Assembly (NCBI GenBank): GCA_026394815.1
Contig: JAPLZX010000022.1
Coordinates: 1-42,571 of the forward strand
Reading direction: 5' to 3'
Length of the DNA: 42,571 nt
From: Candidatus Zambryskiibacteriota bacterium
GTDB lineage: Bacteria > Patescibacteriota > Minisyncoccia > Phycocordibacterales > DATDWN01
Position 1 is the first letter of the stretch. Each line of letters begins with the position of its first letter. The notes under the pieces are model-generated. The model was not told the DNA's origin. It made no database searches and saw nothing but the letters and a program-made list of their open reading frames with translations. Shown in pieces: positions 18,309 to 25,062 of this stretch. Position numbers and translations under genes: made by a program.

Positions 18309-19565
18309 TTATAAAATTTTCAAAGCTTCTTCAGCTAACATTAACTCTGATTCACCTTCCGTTCTTTTTTTAACTTCCACCTTATTTTCTGCAACTGTTT
18401 TGTCGCTCACAACAAACCGAACAGGAATTCCAATCAAATCAGAATCTGCGAATTTTTCCCCCGCACGCAAATCGCGGTCATCATACAAAACCTCAATATT
18501 TTTCTTTTGCAAATCAGCATATAGTTTATCGGCAAAAGAAATTGTTTCTGTATTATCTCCAAGCCTAACAAGATGCACAGCAAAAGGAGAAACTTCTTTA
18601 GGCCAGACAATACCGTTATCATCTGACAAAAGTTCAACGATTGTACCCATAAGACGACCTAGGCCAATACCATAGGAACCCATAAAAACCAGTGTTTCTT
18701 CTCCTTTTTCATTTTTGTATTTCAAATCAAACGGTTCTGAAAATTTTGTTCCGAGAGTAAAAATATTACCAACTTCGATTGCTTTCTTTTGCTTAACCAA
18801 TGAAATATCCATATTCAAAGTTTGCAAAAGATCTTTTGAAAGAGGGTCATCCCAAAGTTCTTTATTTACGGCCTGTTTATTTTCTTCATCAAAATAGATA
18901 ACATCCTCCCCAGCATCACAAACGGTTTGAAATTCATGAGAAAATTTTGAAAAAGTTCCACCAGACGCATAGGTTACATATGTCTTATCTCCTATACCAA
19001 CACGATTAAAAACATTCTTATATGCCTCAGTAGCTTTAGTATAGAACTTAAGATGTTCTGTTTCATCTTTCGAAAACGAATACAAAGCTTTCCAGTAAAA
19101 CTCTCTCCCCCTTAAAATTCCGGATTTACTTCTCGCTTCGTTTCTGAAAATTTCTTTAAAATCATAAGGATAAACTGGCAAATCTTTATAAGAAGATACA
19201 TACTGTTTTAAAATATTCGAGTAGGCTTCTTCGTTAGTAAATGATAATCCAACTTCTCCTCCATTTTTTAATTTTGTTTTAAACCAGTTGTCTACTACAT
19301 TATCGTCCCACCTGTTTGACTTTTCCCATATTTCTTTGTTTTGAAATACAGATGTTTTCATTTCTATGCCTCCAATTGCATTCATTTCTTCTCTGATAAT
19401 ATTCTCAATCTTTTTTATTACATTTAAACCAAGAGGTAAATATGAATAAACTCCAGCTATTTCTTTGTGGATATAGCCACCTCTTATTAAAAGTTGTGCA
19501 TTTTTTGACGTTTCATCTGCCGGAGCTTCTCTGCGAGTTTTTGTAAAAAGTTGTGATTGACGCAT
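18309..19565 (-). CDS. proS: proline--tRNA ligase (short form without the INS editing domain)
   Basis: ProRS N-terminus (MRQSQLFTKTRREAPADETSKNAQLLIRGGYI), class II motifs and a C-terminal anticodon-binding domain. 418 aa. Confidence 0.9.
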   Translation of the reverse strand: MRQSQLFTKTRREAPADETSKNAQLLIRGGYIHKEIAGVYSYLPLGLNVIKKIENIIREEMNAIGGIEMKTSVFQNKEIWEKSNRWDDNVVDNWFKTKLKNGGEVGLSFTNEEAYSNILKQYVSSYKDLPVYPYDFKEIFRNEARSKSGILRGREFYWKALYSFSKDETEHLKFYTKATEAYKNVFNRVGIGDKTYVTYASGGTFSKFSHEFQTVCDAGEDVIYFDEENKQAVNKELWDDPLSKDLLQTLNMDISLVKQKKAIEVGNIFTLGTKFSEPFDLKYKNEKGEETLVFMGSYGIGLGRLMGTIVELLSDDNGIVWPKEVSPFAVHLVRLGDNTETISFADKLYADLQKKNIEVLYDDRDLRAGEKFADSDLIGIPVRFVVSDKTVAENKVEVKKRTEGESELMLAEEALKIL

Positions 19566-19598
19566 ATATCAATACTACATTAAAAAAATATTTTGAGC

Positions 19599-19716
19599 AA
19601 AAAAGCTGGCAAAGGCGCCAGCTTGGACGGGAGGGAAGGACATCGGCCATGAACACTCGGATGTGTCGACGACTTCGGGGAGACGTCGATTGCGAGGGGC
19701 ACATTCCTTCCCACCC
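19599..19716 (-). ncRNA. candidate ~118-nt GC-rich structured RNA ending in an intrinsic terminator, directly 5' of proS; class unknown
   Basis: A 12-bp closing stem, GGGUGGGAAGGA with UCCUUCCCUCCC. Inner helices AUGUG/CACAU and UCGACG/CGUCGA. An 8-bp terminator hairpin (19603-19624) plus U6. TATAGT lies just upstream of the first G. 62% GC in the hand-counted line 19621-19680. Confidence 0.45.
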
Positions 19717-19754
19717 AAGACTATATTCTCACAATCTAGGGATAAATCAAGTCT

Positions 19755-20849
19755 TTATAAAAGTTTAAATATATCGTGACCTGTAATAACCAGCATAAGT
19801 ATAATTAAAAAAGCAAATCCAATTCCATTTGCCCATTGAACAACTGCTGGCTTAATTGGTTTGCGAATAATTGCTTCAATCCCCACAAACAACAATCTCC
19901 CACCATCAAGAGCCGGAAAAGGTAAAAGGTTGATAACAGCAAGATTTATAGAAATAAGTGCAACTAAAAATAAAATGTACATAAAACCTAAATCATTTGC
20001 TTGTGAGACAATTTTTGCAATACCAACAGGACCAGCAACTTGAGAAAAATCCGATTTAAAGGTGATTGTCTTCCATAAAAAACCAACCAAACCGACTGTG
20101 GTACCTTTTGTTAAAATCCAAGTCGTATTAGCCCCCTCAATAAAAGCTAAGTGTATGGGAAGTTTGATAACTCCACTATCCATAACAATACCTATGGCCT
20201 TAGAACCTAATGTTGAATCATTTTCTGGCTTTACAAATATGATAGCTGAAGCCAAATTCCCTCGGTTATAAGTTACCTCTACTTCGCCTTTACTTTCCCC
20301 AATTACTTTTCTAATATTTTCGGGAGTTAAATCTTTTCCTTGTAAAGCCTCCACACCAGAAGAAATAGATATAATTTTATCTTCAGAAACTAACCCTGCT
20401 TTTTGGGCCGGAGAATTTGGAAGCACTTCTGTAATAACTAAACTTGTATCTCCGTTCTTTTCAGAACTAAGATAATTCATGGAAGAAGGAAGCCCAATCA
20501 TAAAACCGAGAGATATTAAAAGCCAAGCAAAGATAATATTAGAAGTAACCCCGGCTATCAAAACACTGGCCTGAACCCACTTTGGTTTATAAAGAAAACT
20601 TGTTGATTTATCGGCATCAGATATTTCTTCGGTGTGAGAATCCTCACCAAAAATTTTAACAAAGCCACCAAATGGTATTGCATTCAGAGTATAGGTTGTT
20701 TCTCCTATTTTTTTAGCAAAAATTTTTGGTGGAAATCCAAGTCCAAATTCATCCACACGAATCCCGGATTTTTTTGCGACAACAAAATGCCCAAGTTCGT
20801 GGACAAAAATTAACACAGCTAATATGATTATAAAAATGATTATGGACAT
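19755..20849 (-). CDS. rseP: RIP metalloprotease RseP (site-2 protease)
   Basis: HELGHF zinc motif, a PDZ domain and a C-terminal LDGG motif. Confidence 0.9.
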   Translation of the reverse strand: MSIIIFIIILAVLIFVHELGHFVVAKKSGIRVDEFGLGFPPKIFAKKIGETTYTLNAIPFGGFVKIFGEDSHTEEISDADKSTSFLYKPKWVQASVLIAGVTSNIIFAWLLISLGFMIGLPSSMNYLSSEKNGDTSLVITEVLPNSPAQKAGLVSEDKIISISSGVEALQGKDLTPENIRKVIGESKGEVEVTYNRGNLASAIIFVKPENDSTLGSKAIGIVMDSGVIKLPIHLAFIEGANTTWILTKGTTVGLVGFLWKTITFKSDFSQVAGPVGIAKIVSQANDLGFMYILFLVALISINLAVINLLPFPALDGGRLLFVGIEAIIRKPIKPAVVQWANGIGFAFLIILMLVITGHDIFKLL

Positions 20850-20881
20850 TTAATAATGTGTATAAATTAAGATTTTGTTGA

Positions 20882-20974
20882 GCTATGTCTCGAGAAGGGA
20901 CTTCGGAGCGCGACTGGCGCGAGACCGAGCCAAAGTCTAGCAAGACTTATGGCGTGCCCTTCGAGAGATATAGC
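20882..20974. other. 93-nt GC-rich three-helix palindromic element (ncRNA or selfish palindrome), in the frr-rseP spacer
   Basis: The outer stem is 10+6 bp (GCTATGTCTC..GAAGGG with CCCTTC..GAGATATAGC). Inner hairpins are AAGTCT-AGCA-AGACTT and GCGC..GCGC. No ORF. Confidence 0.35.
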
Positions 20975-20992
20975 GAGAAAAAAATTTTAATT

Positions 20993-21544
20993 TTACTCCG
21001 ATATCTCTTTTTCTTTCTTCACTAACATCCCATCAAGTACTCTATTTGTATCATCTAACATCTTTTGTAATTCTGTCTTCAACCTAAATTTATCATCCTC
21101 CGAAATAATACCTTCTTTTTCCTGTTTTTCAATGTCTTTCATTATTCTCTCTCTTTCTGTCCGAAGTGTAACTCGCGCATCCTCTAACTTTTGTCTGGCA
21201 ATTTTTATTAGACTGGTTCGCCTATCAGAAGTCAATTCTGGGAAGATAACTCTAATCCCCTTATCATCCACCGCCACAGATAATCCAAGATCTGATGTTA
21301 CTATCCCTTTTTCTATGGCCTTCACTTGAGACATATCCCACGGAGTGATACGAATCATCCGCGCATCTTCCATAGATATATTAGCAAGTTGAGTTATGGT
21401 CATATCCGAACCATAGGCTTCCACTTTGACACCATCAAGTATTGCGGGAGTCGCCCGCCCAGTACGAATGGTTGCAAATTCTTTCCTAAGCCACTCCTCT
21501 ATACCTTTAACATTTTGTCTAAGTGGTATGAAATTATAGGGCAT
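20993..21544 (-). CDS. frr: ribosome recycling factor
   Basis: Full-length RRF-like sequence (IRTGRATPAILDGVKVEAYG, LTSDRR). Confidence 0.95.
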   Translation of the reverse strand: MPYNFIPLRQNVKGIEEWLRKEFATIRTGRATPAILDGVKVEAYGSDMTITQLANISMEDARMIRITPWDMSQVKAIEKGIVTSDLGLSVAVDDKGIRVIFPELTSDRRTSLIKIARQKLEDARVTLRTERERIMKDIEKQEKEGIISEDDKFRLKTELQKMLDDTNRVLDGMLVKKEKEISE

Positions 21545-21569
21545 ATATTGCTATTATATCGTGAATTGA

Positions 21570-22268
21570 TTATACGGACAACATCACATTCTCTAATATC
21601 ATTTTTATTGGCGCTCCTCTGTCATATAAACTAGCGCGAGCAAATTCGCATATTTCAAGTGCTTTATGAGATTTTTCTACTCCTTGTTTATATAATTCAG
21701 TTTCAATTTGATTGAGAAAAGCGATAGCATCTTGTTTGGTTTTATCTTCATCACTTATAGCATCTGTAATTTCTTTTACTTTGGCCAGTCGTTCCGATAA
21801 CCCCAAATCTAATATTCTTTTTTTACTTCCAAGGTTTGCCCTTGGAATAACCATAATGTGCATGCGAGAACGAAGAGTTGGGAGAAGAATATCTTGAGGA
21901 GAAATAATAAAAAAATGTGTGCCAGAAGTTGGTTCTTCAAACACTTTGAGTAATGAATTTTGTGCTTCTTCCGTAATGAAATCCGCTTGAATAATAAAAA
22001 CTTTCAGCCCTGTGGTGAGCTTTGCTCTACTACTGGGATTTTCTTCGAAACTTTTTCTTTCTTGTGCATTAGCAATTTCTCTAGCACTTTCAATATTTAA
22101 TGTATTATATTTCCCGTGCCAAAAATCAGGGTTGCCAGAAGTTTCCACTCCGACCACAGCTCCTAAAAAATTTTTCAATTCTAAAAAAATCTCTTCTCCC
22201 TCTCCCACCAAAAAATAAGCATGATGTAAATCTCCGGATTTTTTATATGAATTAATAAGTTGTTCCAT
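21570..22268 (-). CDS. holB: DNA polymerase III delta' subunit-like clamp-loader protein
   Basis: HHAYFLVG, KVFIIQADFITEEAQNSLLKVFEEP and LPTLRSR. Start set at ATG 22268, because the 27-aa extension to 22349 crosses a GC-rich hairpin plus T-run. Confidence 0.7.
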   Translation of the reverse strand: MEQLINSYKKSGDLHHAYFLVGEGEEIFLELKNFLGAVVGVETSGNPDFWHGKYNTLNIESAREIANAQERKSFEENPSSRAKLTTGLKVFIIQADFITEEAQNSLLKVFEEPTSGTHFFIISPQDILLPTLRSRMHIMVIPRANLGSKKRILDLGLSERLAKVKEITDAISDEDKTKQDAIAFLNQIETELYKQGVEKSHKALEICEFARASLYDRGAPIKMILENVMLSV

Positions 22269-22348
22269 TAGTGTAGTATAACAAAAAAGGAAATGCCCCT
22301 CACGACGAGAGGCAGCTTTTCTCAGTTTCCTCGGGCTGGGATAAAGCA

Positions 22349-22549
22349 TCAGGAGCTACGGGGTTTTTCGAAACGAGTTTGAAAGACACGCTGAGACTCA
22401 ATTTCCTTGGCCTGAAGAGCCAGAAGTTCCTCTCTAGCCTTAGTGATCCCAGCTTGGATGAACTTCTTTTGCTCTTCTGACATGGGTTTCAAAACAATGT
22501 CCCCGGATTTACATCCCAAAGGTTTGCTCACAATCCCCCTCCATTCCAT
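22349..22549 (-). CDS. hypothetical 66-aa protein in a GC-rich patch
   Basis: An ORF in a local GC spike between mreB2 and holB. TATAAT lies 5 nt upstream of the ATG, so the mRNA may be leaderless. No motif was recognised. Confidence 0.4.
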   Translation of the reverse strand: MEWRGIVSKPLGCKSGDIVLKPMSEEQKKFIQAGITKAREELLALQAKEIESQRVFQTRFEKPRSS

Positions 22550-22593
22550 CAGAGATTATAGTATATATTCAATAAATCTCCTAAACAACAAGT

Positions 22594-23607
22594 CTAGCGT
22601 TTGGAAATAATAAGTTTTTTATAGGTATCTAAATGCTCCAATGCAATCCCCGTCCCTTTAACCACACAATAAAGTGGGTCTTTGGCCAAAACTGCCTTCA
22701 CACCAATACGACGAAAAACTAATTCCGGCATATTGCGAAGTTGAGATGTTCCCCCAGTCATTATAATTCCTTGGTCAATAATATCTGATGAAAGTTCTGG
22801 TGGAGTTTCTTGTAAAACTTCCTTGATTGCTTTTATCATTTCTCTTAAATCTTTACTGATGGCTTTGACAATTTCATTTGTTTTTATTTCTACACTTCGT
22901 GGAAGTCCTGTAACAAAATCTCGTCCTTTTATCATCATAGAAAGTTCTTCATCCAGAGGAATTGCTGAACCAATATTTATTTTTATATCTTCTGCTGTTT
23001 TATCACCTATACCAAGATTGAACATCTTTTTTATATAATCGGTAATTGCATAATCAATTTTGTTTCCGGCACATTTAACCGAAGTAGACGCCACAATACC
23101 TCCGAGAGAAATAACCGCTATATCTGTCGTTCCCCCACCAATATCTACTATCATGTGCCCCAGGGCTTCGTGAATTGGAATACCCGCACCTATAGCAGCA
23201 AGAATTGGTTCTTTGACAACATATGCGTTTTTTGCTCCCGCTCGTATAGCCGCTTCTATCACTGCTCTGCGTTCTGTAGAAGTCACTCCTGCTGGTACGG
23301 AAACTAAAACTTCTGGTTTAACAAAATTCCATTTGCCTAGTGCTTTATCCATATAATAACGAAGCATTGCCTCGGTTACTCTATAATCAGCTATGACACC
23401 ATCTTTCATTGGACGATAAGCTACGATGTTTTCCGGTGTACGACCTATCATTTCTTTGGCTTCAATACCTATGGCTAAAATACGATTATCCTCTTCGGAA
23501 ACAGCAACCACAGATGGCTCATTTAGGACAACTCCCCTACCTGGAACAAAAACCAATATATTAGCCGTACCGAGATCTATGCCTAGTTTTTTTGAGAAAA
23601 TGCTCAT
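22594..23607 (-). CDS. mreB: MreB/Mbl-family actin homolog (second paralog)
   Basis: LGIDLGTANI, DIGGGTTD and GGTSQLRN. Confidence 0.9.
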   Translation of the reverse strand: MSIFSKKLGIDLGTANILVFVPGRGVVLNEPSVVAVSEEDNRILAIGIEAKEMIGRTPENIVAYRPMKDGVIADYRVTEAMLRYYMDKALGKWNFVKPEVLVSVPAGVTSTERRAVIEAAIRAGAKNAYVVKEPILAAIGAGIPIHEALGHMIVDIGGGTTDIAVISLGGIVASTSVKCAGNKIDYAITDYIKKMFNLGIGDKTAEDIKINIGSAIPLDEELSMMIKGRDFVTGLPRSVEIKTNEIVKAISKDLREMIKAIKEVLQETPPELSSDIIDQGIIMTGGTSQLRNMPELVFRRIGVKAVLAKDPLYCVVKGTGIALEHLDTYKKLIISKR

Positions 23608-23639
23608 ATGGTCTATAATAGACCTATACTATAACTGAT

Positions 23640-24428
23640 ATGGAAGATAATGTAAAAACCCACATTAAAGAAAATGAATTCCTATATACAACTATTATTT
23701 TGGCTGTTTTGATTATTGTTTTGATTATTTTTGGTTATAAAAAAGGATATAGATTTCAAGAAAATTTTATGATTGGTAAACTCGGCTCTTTATCTCTTGT
23801 GATTGCTATGCCTCAAACAAATATTTTTATTGATGAAAATAAAAAAATTGTAACCTCGCAAGAAAACGAAATTGTAAAATTTTCACTATCTCCAAGAGAA
23901 CATACTATTATAATTTCTCGCGATGGATATTTCCCTTGGAAAAAAGATTTCCTTATGCAAAGTGAAGGAAATATAAATTTTTCACCGGTTTTTGTTTCCA
24001 GTAATCCGTCTGGGTCTATCATCACAAAAAACGATCCAGAGTTTTGGAAAATTAGAAATAAAATTATCATTGACCCATTGCCAACAAAAAATACTCCTCG
24101 TATTTCAAAAGACGGTTTAGTCAAACTTTGGATAGATGGTAATGCTGTAAAAGTAGAGATTGCAAGTAATATGGGTTCAACAACACCTCCACAGATAAAA
24201 ACAGTAATACAACCAGATTCGGCTATACGAAATTTATATTTTTATAAAGACAGATCCGATGTTATTGTGTTTTCAATAAATAATTCTATATACGCCATAG
24301 AGGTAGATAAAGAAGGTACACAAAATTTCTTACCAATATATAAAGGCACAGCACCTAGTTTTATTGAGGGTGATTCAAATTATATTTATGTGTTAGATGG
24401 TGAGACACTGATGCAGGTGATTATTTAA
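23640..24428 (+). CDS. hypothetical membrane-anchored protein (possible PEGA-like beta domain)
   Basis: N-terminal TM segment. IIISRDGYFPWKKDF resembles a PEGA motif. Backbone-like composition. Confidence 0.65.
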   Translation: MEDNVKTHIKENEFLYTTIILAVLIIVLIIFGYKKGYRFQENFMIGKLGSLSLVIAMPQTNIFIDENKKIVTSQENEIVKFSLSPREHTIIISRDGYFPWKKDFLMQSEGNINFSPVFVSSNPSGSIITKNDPEFWKIRNKIIIDPLPTKNTPRISKDGLVKLWIDGNAVKVEIASNMGSTTPPQIKTVIQPDSAIRNLYFYKDRSDVIVFSINNSIYAIEVDKEGTQNFLPIYKGTAPSFIEGDSNYIYVLDGETLMQVII

Positions 24429-24433
24429 CCATG

Positions 24434-24563
24434 AATCAAAAATTTCTTTCTCGTTGTATCTCTCGTGGAGCACGGATATTTTTCTGCTGAAAAATTCCTC
24501 GAGCTCCCTCCGTCGAGCGTCGCTAGTCTCCACTCGAGACACAACTCAACGAAATTTTTGATT
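24434..24563 (+). repeat. 130-nt compound palindrome: an AT-rich 13-bp stem enclosing a GC-rich ~93-nt hairpin element
   Basis: AATCAAAAATTTC (24434-46) pairs with GAAATTTTTGATT (24551-63). Inside, GTTGT/ACAAC, TCTC/GAGA and GTGGAG/CTCCAC stems enclose two smaller hairpins. A T-rich tail follows. Confidence 0.5.
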
Positions 24564-24638
24564 TTCTATTTGTTTTTTATAAAATATCATTTTGACTTAT
24601 ATTAAATGTTTGTGTTATAACTTGGCAGGAGGTTACTC

Positions 24639-24911
24639 ATGATTTTGTGGTTGATGGTCATCACCCAGATGGTTGTTTGGGCTTGGTTTTCGCTCAAGGG
24701 CGGTAGGTTGAGTGACAAAAAGTTTCTCATTTTTACCGCTGGTATGCTCATCGGGCAATTCGGCACCGGTATCGAAACGTACCAACAGGCCGCCTGGCGA
24801 TCGTTCGTTGTCCAAGTATATTTTTTCATATTCACAGCCCTGGGTGGAATCCAGAGATTCAAGCAAATGAGAAAGGCTTCTTGGCGTATCATGAGAAATG
24901 ACGGTTGGTAA
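24639..24911 (+). CDS. small 3-TM membrane protein, 90 aa, GC-rich
   Basis: TTGACT-17-TTATAA promoter (24592-24620), GGAGG 7 nt upstream of the ATG, and three hydrophobic segments. I prefer it to the antisense ORFs. Confidence 0.55.
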   Translation: MILWLMVITQMVVWAWFSLKGGRLSDKKFLIFTAGMLIGQFGTGIETYQQAAWRSFVVQVYFFIFTALGGIQRFKQMRKASWRIMRNDGW

Positions 24912-25062
24912 CCACTTCCCGTTTACCATGGACAACTTAAAGAGTTTAGTCGTTTCTGTATACTGAAATGGCAGCACCCCCTCTCTGACAACAGTTGAGG
25001 GTGTTTTTTGTTTTAAAAAAACCAGAAAACCCTGCCGACGGGTTTTCTGTTATAATGCCCCT

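Noticed and set aside
19599-19716. Identification of the GC-rich RNA as SRP (4.5S) RNA or 5S rRNA, given its ~115-nt size and closing stem
   Set aside because: It lacks the conserved SRP domain IV core (GGAA tetraloop followed by GGAAGCAGC). It also lacks the 5S motifs CCGAAC, GAUGGUAG and GAGAGUAGG.
19566-19754. T-box riboswitch upstream of proS (an aaRS gene preceded by a structure, a terminator and a GGGUGG string)
   Set aside because: The leader is only ~190 nt. GGGUGG sits at the 5' end of the structure rather than in an antiterminator bulge next to the terminator. The 14-nt T-box consensus matches only about 8/14 at the terminator. I could not find a Stem I with a specifier loop or GA motif. 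It is kept as an unknown structured RNA instead.
22269-22349. 27-aa N-terminal extension of the holB-like ORF
   Set aside because: The extension is GC-rich, crosses a hairpin plus T-run, and is absent from the typical delta' N-terminus. The ATG at 22268 gives the canonical distance to the HAYFLVG motif.
20882-24545. Integron attC sites (long imperfect hairpins at 20882-20974 and 24453-24545)
   Set aside because: There is no RYYYAAC/GTTRRRY core pair at the ends, no cassette array, and no intI. The elements are separated by housekeeping genes.
24602-24977. Minus-strand ORFs of 96 and 114 aa antisense to the 90-aa membrane ORF
   Set aside because: The plus-strand ORF has a good promoter, a GGAGG SD and a coherent 3-TM hydrophobicity pattern. 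The antisense frames have none of these.
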